DNA from: Podarcis tiliguerta
Taxonomy: Eukaryota
Length of the DNA stretch: 64,000 nucleotides
Assembly: GCA_965153285.1 (NCBI GenBank)
Contig: OZ229114.1
Direction: 5' to 3' (one strand)
A program made the position numbers and the translations under genes. The stretch's first letter is position 1. Every line of letters begins with the position of its first letter. Under the pieces are notes generated by a model. It made no database searches. It had not been told where the DNA came from and saw only the letters and a list, made by a program, of their open reading frames with translations. Shown here piece after piece: positions 13,401 to 25,896 of this stretch.

Positions 13401-13834
13401 CTGCAGGACCATCTTCTTTGTATATTACATCCAGTTCTGCACATAGTACAGCTTGCCGGCAAAGGAAGGAGAACAGGGGAACAGGAAAATATGTGAAGCT
13501 TTTATCACTTGCAAACACGCAACTGTACCCTCTTGTCCTGTCACTGTCAGCTGAGTCAATAATTTGTCACAGCAAGCTTGGCTATCTTTGTGTGAGCAGA
13601 CAGATGGGAGAATGAGTCTTTTTTCCTGCTTTGGTCAAAGGTTTTTGACTTATCAGAACTTGAAACTGTGCATTAAATAACAAGAATGAATTGATAACCT
13701 TCCACCAAAGAAACAGATGTCAGCTGCTAACCCCCCCCCCCTTCAAAAAAAAGATACCAAACTTGCTTAACAAGCTTAGCTCCATTTTACAGGTGGTTCT
13801 CAAATATCAGCAAAGGAAATCAATGACATTTCTT

Positions 13835-14226
13835 TATTATTATTATTATTATTTATATCATAAGATCTCAGGACGATTCACAGAATAAAATACAGGATAA
13901 AAACAAGTAAATAAGTGAAAACAAAACAGCAAGACAATAACTCCCCCTTCCCACAGACACATTTACATGGCTGTAGAATACTAATCAGCCAAAGGCCTAG
14001 TTGAAGGGGAACATTTTCGCCTGGCACCTAAAAATATATAATGAAGGAGCCAGGCGAACTTCCCTGGGGAGAGCATTCCACAAATGGGGAGCCATTACAG
14101 AGAAGGCCCATTCTCATGTTGCCACCCTCCAGGCCACACGTGGAAGGGCCTCAGATGATGGACACAGAGTCTGGGGCAGTTTATATGGGGAGAGGCGGTT
14201 CTTCACGTATTGCGGTCCAGAGCCGT
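13835..14226 (-). mobile_element. L2 LINE 3' fragment
   Basis: (TTA)n tail at the low end; minus strand carries decayed L2 ORF2 C-terminus-like sequence (GPQY..RL.PY...) and 3' UTR. Confidence 0.7.
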
Positions 14227-15650
14227 CACTTCAAACATAAAATTAAGATTTCCAAATAGTATAGAAACATCCCACACACACACACACACACACACAAGTC
14301 AGCAACAAGCATAAGAAAGCAGCAATGACTGTAGCGAAGAACTTGAGATATAGATGTTCCTAAGGAGCAATCACGTGAGTCAAAATACACATGTGAGACA
14401 GGCAACAGCCCACACTTACCCTCTCTAAATGGCAGAATCCCACACAGAAGTGGGAACATCTGCAGAGAACATTTAGAGAAGCAAGATGATGTGATTATAT
14501 CCCATACCACTTCTGCTTCCACTTGGGAACAGTTGTGGGTTACTGGCCACATAGAAGCTGCAAGGGCGTATATAAACTAGGCCTAAATCAAGGGGGTGGG
14601 GAACTACACCAGTCTGGTGTTTTCTTAAGGTTAAAGTCATAGCATAACTGGACATACGTCATTTGTCTCCCAAACTAAACAGGCATACTGAACATCATGA
14701 AACCCAGTGCACATAGCCTTCTCCAACCTCATATTAATGTTCTATCAGTCATGCTTCCTTCGTGCTCCACTCCCTTCTACTGTGATGAGTTCCAGACCTC
14801 TGAACATATGTTGCCCCAGCTATTGATAATTCATCTGTCCTCAAGCGAGTTTAAGATCTTAGTAATTCTTCCATAGATCATAAGTTCTGCATTAACATGA
14901 TGGATTCACTCAGCTAGGCATTAAAATGTAATGTATGATGGGGTTTTCTATAAAAATAAATGGTCATATATTTTGCAAATGTTAGCTGCTCATCTCTGGC
15001 AATAAGATGGAGAGAGGGGAAGAGAAGGGTTATATTCTGTTCTGCAGATTTAAGGAGATTCATCTACTTCTGTTCTAGTACTCAGCTGCTGTTAAAAGAG
15101 GTGGGAGAAAAATACACGATGTGACTGGTACACACTATGTGGGCTGATACATAAAATATGTAGGATTTTCAAAGGGAACATTTCAACATTACCTTAACTA
15201 TCTTCAAAGGCTGTGGCCTAATCACAAATGCACACTTGTATGAATCATGGATCCTGCAGCCACCACCCAAATAATTGGCTTGACCACCATAGCCTTGAAG
15301 GGGAAAAAAAAAAAAAAAACCTACAGGATTTATTTGCGTATTATCAGACCCATGCACATTGTCTCTAGTGATTTAATTGACAGGTAGGGCACTTCCAAAG
15401 TCTGCTGTTTTCAGGTGGTATTCGATAGCATACTGGCACATTCAGGTTGCACAGTTAAAGCTGACATGGAGATTTTGTGTGACAAAAGTGCTTTCCACAA
15501 AGATTGGACTTTTTGCAATAAGGAGAATGATGGGGAAATAAATATTGGAAAGTGTGGGATAAAACCTGCTTGATGCGAAGTCGTCTAACCTCTTCACAAA
15601 CAAATCAGGATGAATTCTGAATAAGCAAGTCATCTATAAGGGGTCTTAGA

Positions 15651-15740
15651 TAAGGTTGCCATATTTAAAAAGGTGAAAATCCGGACACAAAAGTTGTTGA
15701 GCTTTCAGCTACTTCACTGCCCAGATGTATGGCAACCCTA
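15651..15740. mobile_element. Short hAT-like MITE relic with TAGGGTTGCCA-type TIRs
   Basis: taaggttgccata ... tatggcaacccta; flanks tcttagat/ccttagat resemble a TSD but are offset by 1 nt. Confidence 0.5.
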
Positions 15741-17195
15741 CCTTAGATATTACATCTCAAACAAGAAGGTGATGTTGAGGCAAGGCAGTTAGAAATGATC
15801 TACTAACACACTATGCATTTTCATGCATATTTTTCTTGGACAGCTAGGATTTTCCCACTGCAGTCCAAAGGCAAAAATATGAAAACAGAAACCTCTTGCA
15901 TACAATAATTATATTAGAGTCTTTGCACAATAAATTCAGTTATCTTCTGCTTTCTGGCACTACAACAACTTTGAGAGAATGAATCACAGTCAGTAAAAAT
16001 AAAATTTCCCTTGGTGGTCTTGTGGCTTTGACCATAGGACAAGCAGGGAGAGAGAGAAATCCTCATTCACTGACAGATGGAGAGTCAAGGGAAGCATAGA
16101 GGATGAGGGGTCTGGAGAAGGGAGAGTATTTGACCTTGTCAAGCAATGGTACTGTACACAGTGCTAGGCAATTTGGTAGAGATTGTTCACGAATTATACA
16201 TGTCTACTGTACTGTTGGCAAGCTGTGCTATGTACTGGTATGTTGTCTGTACGATGAAATGTTCAGATTAAACTCAGAGTTGAGGGTGTACGCCAGATCC
16301 TTCCAGCCTACGTCTGCACTTCTAAGCCCATTTATAAACCCCATTGAATTCAATAGGACTTCTGAGTAGCTTAAACTGCATTGGTACTAACTACATGGGA
16401 AGTTACTGGGGGGGGGGGGAGGAATTACTTTGGGAATCCTATGCCTGCTTAGAATTAAGTTCCATTGATTCTTAACATTTTCACAAAGATTCCAGGAACA
16501 AAGATCCATATTTCTCTTAGAAGGAAGTCCATACTCCTTACTCTAACTCTGTGCAGACTAAGAGGGAACTGTAAACACAAATTATTACACAGAACAAAGA
16601 CTGCAGCTCTAAACTAGAAGTTTTGCCTTACTTACATCAAGCTTGGTTCACACATGCATGGTTACTATGTGATGGCTGACACATGTAAGGGCTTGCATGT
16701 GGAAGTGGAGTGATCTAACACTACAGACAGAAGCATAAAATTATTTACATTTGCAGGCCTCCTCAGGCATTAAAAATGTGTACAATGATCACATACAGAA
16801 GGGGCCAAGCATGCAGGAGGGTCTAATGAAACACAGGTTATGGCAGTGCCACTACTACTGTGCAATCATTGTACCTGCTTTGAACACCTTGTAGTTGTTG
16901 TTATTATTATTATCATCATTATTTATATATCGCCTTTTGCCCAGACCAGGACTCAAATCTTACACGGCCTGCAACCAAGAAAAATCACACCATCTGTAGA
17001 AAAATGTAGTTATCTGTGTATGTAAATGAATTTCTGAGAACATAGTTATAAGTTAGTATGAAACTCAAAAGCTTAGTCTATTTTGGCTGGTGGTTGTCAA
17101 AATGATACCAGTTATCTGATGATTAGATTCTAACCCTGAGAATAAGACATTCACACGCCCTTTTTTTTATTCTTTTTCTTGTCTTTCCAACGCAG

Positions 17196-17324
17196 AGGAC
17201 ATATATCTTTACCTTCCTACTGAGTTCCCGAGTCTTCATTCACCCCCATGAACTCCTAGCTAAAGTGGGGCAAATCTGCCTTAAACAGAAGCAGCAACTG
17301 GAGACTGGAGTCGATGCAGACAAG
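17196..17324 (+). CDS. RASGEF1A: RASGEF1A coding exon 2 (RTYIFTFLLSSRVFIHPHELLAKVGQICLKQKQQLETGVDADK)
   Basis: Long pyrimidine tract then cgcag|agg; donor aag|gtatgt. 129 nt, in frame; REM domain sequence. Confidence 0.95.
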
Positions 17325-17980
17325 GTATGTGGAATTCAAAGCTTCTCACTGGTTTCTTCTTCTCTCCCTGAAATCTCTACATCCTCTTGTCAAACAGGTT
17401 CTTCCAACTAACAGATACAATCTCCTAGTCACCAGCTGTACCCTTTTGCTAACCTATTCGTTTTTGCACGTGCTGTATATACTCAGTAATACGAACTTTA
17501 CTGCCAGTTGTACTTACTGGAACTGGCACAGTGTCATTGCTGTGGGTAGGAGAACTGAATCTCATAGCTGTTTTCGTGCGCTGAGCAACCGCGTTGGCTG
17601 TTTTGCACAGCAATGCTGCCAGGGTAATTGCATTTACATCGTGATAAGCACGGCTGTGTAAGTCTTCCTTGAAACAAACACCTGTAAATTTCACCTTAGC
17701 AGCCATTACTGAACGTTCCTAGGCATCATCTGAGTCAAATGTTAAAACAAACAAAACATTATCTGTGTGAGACTTTACAGGGACAGCATCACGTGCAAGG
17801 TGCCTACAAATGCAGCAATCTCAGGCAATAGATTCTGGGCATGCTAATGCTACACGTGTAGGAAACACACTGCAATTTATACCTAGCAACAGCCATTAAT
17901 TTATTTTATGTCAGACTGTTGCTAAAGATCAGGAGTGGGACCTGTTAGAAAAATGGACGGGGGGTTGGGAGAGTTGCTAG

Positions 17981-18133
17981 ACTGGGATAGCTCAGTCAGT
18001 AGAGCATGAGACTCTTAATCTCAGGCTCGTGGGTTCAAGCCCCACATTGGGCAGAATATTCCCGTATTGCAGTGGGTTAGAGAACATGAACCCTCGTGGT
18101 CCCTTCCACCTCTACAATTTTCTGATTCTATGA
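17981..18133 (+). mobile_element. tRNA-Lys(CTT)-derived SINE with CR1-type 3' tail (POM/Squam2-like)
   Basis: tagctcagtcagtagagcatgagactcttaatctcaggctcgtgggttcaagccccacattgggc is close to tRNA-Lys-CTT but the acceptor stem is broken; continues into ggtcccttccacctctac...gattctatga (CR1 tail). Confidence 0.8.
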
Positions 18134-19320
18134 ACTAGCATTGATTCTACCTATTATAACTCCCGGTTCCACTTACCATTCACTGTCCTGCCTCGCCCCT
18201 CACCAAGCCCATGGGCACCACAGTCCCTAAACAAATAAGTTGCTTTAACAAGCCCAGCATACATATACTTTGGAATTGATCCTCATTAAACCATGTAAAA
18301 TGAATCAGTCCCTTGGTTTCTCCATGCTTCTGGGCATCCCCACCAGAAGAGAATGGCTAAGGATAGAAGAGTGATGCACTGGAGTCTAGACTCTAGGAGT
18401 CCTATCTCCTCTGTCCTTTCAAAAGCTTGCAAATATTTATTTTCAGGGCAGTATTTGAAGCCTTTTTTGTGTCACACTGTCATATTCCAGAGACATTAAC
18501 TCTTACATAGTAAGAGGAAATGGTTATGTATCAAGATTCTGGTTTCCTCTTCTCAAATGTTGGAGGAGACTGCACTGTTTATTGCGTCTGTTGAGTTTTC
18601 TTCAGCAGAACAGTTCTTGTTTTAATTTTGTCCATGATCTGCTAAGGAATCGTGAGTTCTGAAAAGCCATAGTGCTGCCAGTCAAAGCTTACTACTGTGC
18701 AAAATAGATGAAACACACAAACAGAGCTCTGATGCACTGTGATAAGGTACCTGTATAAACAAACTATTAAATCAAATACCGGTTGGGTGGCGTGTGAGCA
18801 GAAACCCTGGCAAGAAGCCAGGCTTTGTGGTTATGTGCTTATACTTATCATTCCTTTATTAATGACATCACCAGCCACTAGCAAAATCTCACAGAAAATG
18901 TTCCAAGACACAAGCTGACAGATTAAACACAAACTTTAGCCCTGCTCAGATCCACTTGGGAGGCTTTTGCTGCTTTATTTGACAAGGGAGAGGGTCTCGG
19001 TGTTTTAAAATACCACGTTTTCATAAATATGTCAGAGGGCTGTTAACCCTGCCAAAAAGTAGCACGTTAACTTTACAAGGCTATATAATAGGGAAAGGGG
19101 GGGGGGGATCAGATATTGCCCTCCTTAGGGAACTGCCAGAATGTAATTTGTAGCTAGAATCCAGAAAATTGCTGAAAAGGTAGAACTATTTAGGACCTGC
19201 GTGCATGATAGCTGTCAACACTGCCCCCCCCCCAGTAAAGCAAAGGAGTGCTGTTTCATTTCTTTAAGTTTTCCACTGCCAAAATTTTCCACTTGGTATG
19301 TGTCAAAAATAGCAAACATA

Positions 19321-19321
<1 letters not shown>

Positions 19322-19360
<39 letters not shown>
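19322..19360. repeat. (TTA)n microsatellite
   Basis: About 12-13 TTA units seen directly. Confidence 0.9.
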
Positions 19361-19362
<2 letters not shown>

Positions 19363-19405
19363 AACCCCACTCTCTTCTCTTTGAACAGCTCAGTTTGGTT
19401 TATTG

Positions 19406-19544
19406 CAGTGTTTCTCGAACTTGGGTCTCCAGCTGTTTATAAACTACAATTCCCATCATCACTGACCACTGTGGTCCTGCTGGCTAGGGATGATAGGAGT
19501 CGTAGTCCAAAAACACCTGGAGACCCAAAGTTTGGGAAACACTG
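19406..19544. mobile_element. Short palindromic hAT-type MITE (actacaattcccatca family)
   Basis: TIRs cagtgtttctcgaactt / aagtttgggaaacactg; TSD GTTTATTG/GTTTCTTG (7/8). Decayed relatives near 3322-3445, 28600-28718, 41537-41657, 44137-44277 and 53300-53423. Confidence 0.8.
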
Positions 19545-20957
19545 GTTTCTTGTGAAACTAACAAGCATCTCAACTGTGGGTGGGGAGGACTGGTACTTTC
19601 CCAGAAGAACTAATTGCCTAAAATGGGGGGGGGGCGCCTGTGACCTTTCAGATCCCTTCCACACATCACTCTTTCCTTGTTAGCCTTGGGGACAAATGTT
19701 AAAACACAGAGTCTAGCCCAGGAACCTCCAGTTTCCAGTTTCTGCCCTAGACGCTGCATCTGCTGGGTGGTAGAACAGTTATTCCTTGCAGTTCTTAAAC
19801 AATCCTTTTCTAGAATTCCTATGTAATCTGGTTAGACGCTAATATCGCAAGCAAGTGGCTAAGTCTCCAGCAGATTGTCTTTGGTGAGTTGTTAAGAATC
19901 AATAAAGAGCTGCTGGGTTATTTTTCTTAAAACAAAGAACAAAAAACAAAAAAAAACAACAAAGCCTGAAATACTGGAGCCTAAGGATCACTTTCTTTAT
20001 GTTAAGCAATCGCAAGGCATTTTCTTCTTTCTCCGAAAAGGGAACCTGTCTGCTTGACATCCCCTAGAGCTCTGTAAATTCCCAGGCAAGGGTGGAAATC
20101 ACGGAAGGAATAACCCTTCCCTTGCTTGCTTGAAGTGGCTGTGGGTGGGGAGAAACTTGAAGCAAGTGGCTGGAATGACAAAGAAAGGAAATGGTTGCTC
20201 CCCCAAACTTTGCTGAGAGCATTATTTCTGCTCCTTCTCACAGCAAAACTTAAATCATTTTCTCTCGCTGAGAACTTTAATTAAATGTCATTAGCTAATA
20301 TACCCAAGCAGGGTGAAGAAAAGGTACAACAACAGAGCTATTAGGAGAAATGAATAAGATGCCCTGTGACCAAGGAGTATTTAGGAAGTCCCCACCCTCC
20401 AAAGCCTGGATGAAGCTCAAATGACTCAGTAATGAAGGAAATCTAAATTTCCATCTCCCTCCAAAAAAGGCTCCATTGGAATTTGCTGATACTAGACTCC
20501 AACCAATATGTAATGAAACTAGAAGAATGATCTTGCCTCATGACACCCGATTACAACGTAGAATGATGTGCATATCCCTTGTATAGTAAATGCACTGGAT
20601 TTTGGGAAGTGCTGGAAATGACACTTGGTCCAATTCAAAGTGCCCAATGGGCATTTGCCGCAGGAATCACCACCTATCTTAAATATTTACATTGGATTTA
20701 GGAACGAGTTAGACCGTTGGTCTATGCGGCTCAGTAACTGGCAGAAGGTCTTAGGCAAAAGTCTTTCATAAGCCCTACCTGGAGATACCAGGTTGAACCC
20801 AAGATCTTTTACATGTCACGAATATGTTCTGCCACTGACCTATGTCCCTTCCCACTTTGCAAGCTTGTTCAAAGTGCTGGTTTTGATTTTCAGAACCCCA
20901 AAAGCCCTGGGCCCTCAGTATCTGAAGGAGCACCTCAGCACTTTATTCCATCATATC

Positions 20958-21177
20958 CATAGAATCATAGAATAGAATCATAGAATCATAGAGTTGGAAG
21001 AGACCACAAGGGCCATCGAGTCCAACCCCCTGCCAAGCAGGAAACACCATCAGAGCACTCCTGACATATGGTTGTCAAGCCTCTGCTTAAAGACCTCCAA
21101 AGAAGGAGACTCCACCACACTCCTTGGCAGCAAATTCCACTGTTGAACAGCTCTTACTGCCAGGAAGATCTTCCTAA
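20958..21177 (-). mobile_element. CR1 LINE 3' end
   Basis: (catagaat)n tail; minus strand encodes RKIFLAVRAVQQWNLLPRSVVESPSLEVFKQRLDNHMSG, the typical CR1 ORF2 C-terminus. Confidence 0.9.
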
Positions 21178-22087
21178 AGAATGATATTCAGAAGCAGCTA
21201 TGCTTAGGGCAACCTTTGCAAACCTGGAATGCTTTCTCGTTGTAACTCTCCCTGAGAAACCCACCTGGCAAAACCTTCTTTTGTTTTGGTTTTAAGAAAA
21301 AAACAACCAGCTTTTGAGCTGCCAGAGAAGACAGTGCCTTTCCTTCACCATGCCTGCTTGTCTGTGTGTGTTTGTGGGGCGGTTTACTATGCATTTTAAA
21401 TATCATGCATCAAATTGGCATGAAACCACATTTATTTTTATGTTGATATTTTGTAAGCTGCTATGAGGACTTTCAGCGCTGCGGGATGCATAAATAAATG
21501 CCACAATCCAGCCACAGTTAAAAGCGCTTTCGCTTCCTGTTGTTTTTAACGAGGAAGCTAAGCATACGCTTAAATCAACGTGCTTAACTTTGACTGGCTA
21601 ATGTCTAAAACAAAATAAACCCAAGGGATGCATTGTCTGTATGGAAGAAACTGGAGACAGAGCTTTCTGACAAAATGTGCTTTAAAGCTGTAGAGCAAGC
21701 CGCTAAAACTTTGCATCAAAGGTATCCCTTAATTTTTCCTTTCTTTTATGGCTGTTGTGTATGCACTTCAGACAGCTGAAAGAACCAAGCTGCCCCCCCC
21801 CCCTCAACACACACCACACTGATGCAAAGCCTTGAGGATGCTGAGCTAAGCATTAGACACACCTGCTCTCTCTTTTTAATGCTCTCTATTTGGAAGAAAG
21901 ACAGAAAGGGATTTGTAAGGCCAGCTGAGACTTTAGCCTAACACAACTTATTTTTTCCTTTTGTTTTCATATGCCACTGTTAATGATTCAAAGATTTGGC
22001 ACTTGGGGTGCCATCTGGTTACCCAGAAGTCACCATCAAGGAAAGTCTCCTTGGCTCGTTGATTAACCACTCTGCATTCTTTCCTAG

Positions 22088-22225
22088 GCAAAGCTTAAGT
22101 CCTTTGCTGCCAAGATCATTCAGCTCCTGAAAGAATGGACTGAAACCTTCCCCTATGACTTCCAGGATGAAAAATCTATGAAAGAGCTGAAGGAAATTGC
22201 TCACAGGATCACACAGTGTGATGAG
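22088..22225 (+). CDS. RASGEF1A: RASGEF1A coding exon 3 (AKLKSFAAKIIQLLKEWTETFPYDFQDEKSMKELKEIAHRITQCDE)
   Basis: ttcctag|gca acceptor; gag|gtaagt donor. 138 nt; REM-domain LLKEW..FPYDF motif. Confidence 0.96.
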
Positions 22226-22640
22226 GTAAGTGGGGGAACGAACACACACACATGCAGGTGGAACAGACACTACCAGAACCCGTCCCAACCTATAATTTGT
22301 CTTGACAGGTTGCAAATATTTGCTAGATGCATTGAGGCTCCACAACTGCTGACCATGACTTGCCTAAATGGTATTAACAAGAGCAGAGGAGTTGGCCCCT
22401 TCCGCCTTTTCAGGGACCTCTTACTCCTCAAATTTTATGTACAACTGACCACACCACCACTATTGAGTAACTCATGGTACTTGCTACCATTGCAACCCCC
22501 ATATGGGACCAAGTCTTAATGTAATCCTAGCAATGAGAGAGCCCAAACCACTATACCTGTGTTTCTCTTGCTTCCCCTAATCTCAAGTGGTGAAGACATG
22601 AGCCCAGAAAGTCCACTAGGGTTGGGGGAGAGGGAGGCAT

Positions 22641-22880
22641 CAGTTGGCATGGGGCGGTGAGGGTGGCCCGCCCCATGAATCATTCCAGGGGGGTAACAAA
22701 AAAAAACCCATCGGATCATTGCCGCACTGATTGGCCCCCCGGGTGGATCACGCCACACCGATCAGCCCCCCCTGGGTGGATCACCGCTTCGCCAATCAGC
22801 CCCCCTGGGCGAATCAACCCACCCCCAGGTGCACGGCATATGCGCCGCTCCAGGTGCCCGAGGGGCTAGCTCCGCTACTG
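22641..22880. mobile_element. GC-rich hAT-like MITE relic with internal short tandem units
   Basis: Right end gctagctccgctactg resembles a CAGT(A/G)GCG TIR; internal repeats of atcagcccccc(c)tggg(t/c)g(g/a)atca. Left TIR degenerate, no TSD found. Confidence 0.45.
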
Positions 22881-23321
22881 CTAAGGGAAGCCCTGAGGTT
22901 TGCAGAAGAGCAAAATGTTGTGTTTTTTTAAATTAAAACAAAAACAGGTCTAAGTGGGTAGTCCTCTGCTACACCAGAAAATACAGCTAAATGAAAACTG
23001 AGTGCACTCAGTAGTCAAGGACACTAAGAATCAATTGGAATAGAAAAACAACAGTTGGAAGAGAGTGGAATGTAATGTCTGGAAGGAACGGCTGCCTAAA
23101 ACCCTGAATAGAAGCACTCCTTCTAGGGAGGGAGGGTACACTGCAACATTTTATTGCAGGCTCCACTTGTGTGGCATACTATTGGATAGTGCTTGGATGT
23201 TCACCATATTCCTGTAAGGCAACTGGCCTATTATTTTTTCTTACTGCTGGTGTGATGTCAACATATTCCATTAGAATTTCCGTATCTCACTGTAAAAGTA
23301 GAAAGGGCTTCTCAGATAGGT

Positions 23322-23420
23322 TGATGGCCATCTGCTTTAGCTGAGTTTCTTGCATTGCAGAGGGTTGGACTAGATGACCCTTGGGGTCCCTTCCAACTCT
23401 ACAGTTCTGATTCTATATGA
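23322..23420 (+). mobile_element. CR1 3' tail fragment
   Basis: gggttggactagatgacccttggggtcccttccaactctacagttctgattctat. Confidence 0.75.
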
Positions 23421-24438
23421 ATTGTCTGTGCATCAAGGAACAGCCTACCAAGTGGTGCCAACGTACAAAATTCACACATAGCCTTGTGATTAAAAGCTGC
23501 CAATTTCACCTTATTTTATGTTGATAAATCAAATACATTCTGAAAACACACAGGGAGGAGGGGATAAAAGGCTCTAACTAGATCCTTGCAGCATAATCCT
23601 AAAGTTGTTTACTCCAAAGTCTAGCTGAGTTCAGTGGTATTTGCTTCCTGAGTCTATGTCTGTTTAGGCATGTTGCCTAAGTACTATAAAGGATAGAGCG
23701 AGAAGAATGCTGTCTTCTTGAAATGACTGTTCCAAATATATATTTGAGATTGGCCCCAGAGGTTTAAGAGTGACAGGCATGTGTCTGTTTAAAATGTTAA
23801 TGGCCAAAAAGACTAGAGTGGTGCAACAACTTTGGCAGCAATGCATGATGATTGGAGGTGATGCTTTGATATTAAAGGTGTTGTCAAGAGTAGCATGACA
23901 AGTTTCAGGATGTCAGCAATGTTGTTTACCTGCATTTTATTAAGCTGTCACAACCTGAAGGCAAGAGGAAATGATTAAGGCTATGTGCTGGGTTTTTAAA
24001 CGGTGTGCGCAAAAACACTCGTACAATCTTACACTAAAGGAAAACAATTATATTTTGTTTTATGTTCAGTTTTCATTATCTGGGTCATTTTCAAAATTGG
24101 AGGAAACACTCCTGTCTCCTCCTTGTCTCCCATTCATCAGCGAGGCTATACCTGAATCAAGAATAATAAGTTGTAAAAATAATTCACCTTGGTAAAGGCC
24201 TATGCCTCTCAGGCTGTAAAATATGCCTACAAATATCTAACAAGATCAACAATATCATGTGAGCCAATAAAATGGGGACAGGGAGAGTTGTGTATATATG
24301 TGTTTGCATACCTATGCAAAAGAACAATAAAATGCTATAAGGCCACCTGCTTATGATGTACAATTTCTGTACATGTCTACTCAGAAGTAAGCCCCACTGG
24401 CTTCAGTGTGATTTACACTCAAGTAAGTGTACCTAGGA

Positions 24439-24796
24439 GCAGGGACGTGGGTGGCACTGTGGGTTAAACCACAGAGCCTAGGACTTGCCGATCAGAAGGT
24501 CACTGGTTCAAATCCCCGCGAGGGGTGAGCTCCCGTTGCTCGGTCCCTGCTCCTGCCAACCTAGCAGTTCAAAAGCATGTCAAAGTGCAAGTAGATAAGT
24601 AGGTACCGCTCTGGCGGGAAGGTAAATAGCATTTCCGTGTGCTGCTCTGGTTCTCCGGAAGCGGCTTAGTCATGCTGGCCACATGACCCGGAAGCTGTAC
24701 ACCGGCTCCCTCGACGAATAAAGCGAGATGAGCTCCGCAACCCCAGAGTTGGCCAAGACTGGACCTAATGGTCTGGGGTCCCTTTACCTTTACCTT
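24439..24796 (+). mobile_element. Sauria SINE, full length
   Basis: gggacgtgggtggcactgtgggttaaacc head; (acctttt)-type tail; 15-bp TSD TAAGTGTACCTAGGA (24424-24438, 24797-24811). Confidence 0.9.
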
Positions 24797-25896
24797 TAAG
24801 TGTACCTAGGATATCAGCCAGATCTAGACATATGTCTTTTCAATTGAGAGCCATGTGCAATCCTTCACATTTAAGTGGTAACAATGTGGGAACATCAAAT
24901 CACCGTTAGAAAAATCTATCTTTATGAAGATTGCATAATCAATCATGTCAATATATCCCCGAAATGCAATATCTGAAGTATCTGTGGAAACAAAGGGGGA
25001 GTTGGTGCATGCCAGAGGCACCATGCTCTGCCCGACATTGGGGAGAAGCCTCTTTGCGTGCGTGTGACATCACACACATGGCACTCTGCGAGGAGGGCCA
25101 GTGAGATTAACCTCTGCTGTAGGTTTAGTCTAGCCAAGGTAACTCTCTCAGCCAATGTTTCTGATGTCTAGGGCATCCTAGGGACATGGTTCTACTTGTT
25201 AGACCTTTGCGCTTATATTTATATGCAGTCAGGTAACAGCCATAAAATAAACATGCTGACATTGGCAATGTCGCTTGCCGTAGAGACCCAAGGATGACAC
25301 AGACAGACTGCTTTTGCTGCCTGAGTAAGCAAAGATGCAAGACATACCAAGGATTTCAGACATGAGCAGGGCCCAAGTGTATTGCGTAGGCAGTTCTTTA
25401 AAGTCTCGGCGCAGTAAGGAATACTAAAGGAAGATCAAGCAGCCTACATGCCTATGCAAGCAGGATGACAACATTTATCAAGGTTCATGGCCATGTGCTT
25501 GAGGTCACAATTGAGCAACAAGCCAAATTAACACCGACGTCAGCAAGGAGAGTTTATGCAGACTCTGTCAGTTGCAGCAATGTTGTCCCTGCTTATATAT
25601 GTAACTAGAGCTTGTTTCTAAGGTGAGAGGTTATTGTTCCTCTTCCGCAGGACTTTAGCAAGGCTATACATTACACAGATAACATGGAAAGCAGCCTGAA
25701 TATTCTTGACTAGATGCTTCTATCAAGGAAAGGTGGAGCATCTTAATATACTCACTTCCCCTCATATTCTCCTGCATTCCTGATGTTGCAGCTGATGTTG
25801 AACTGTGCTTTGGGCTAGGAGTCACTGAGCTGGCTCTTTCCTTGATTGTTAGCTCCCATGTGATTTGAAACAAAACCGTCCAACTGTTAACTGAAC

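Noticed and set aside
17981-18053. Functional tRNA-Lys(CTT) gene
   Set aside because: Acceptor stem does not pair (actggga vs ttgggca), substitutions in D/T arms, no oligo-T terminator, and it runs directly into a CR1-like tail. It is a SINE head.
25634-25650. Strong-looking acceptor (ttgttcctcttccgcag) as an extra RASGEF1A exon
   Set aside because: No convincing donor downstream, and the flanking exons already join in frame with the expected protein sequence.
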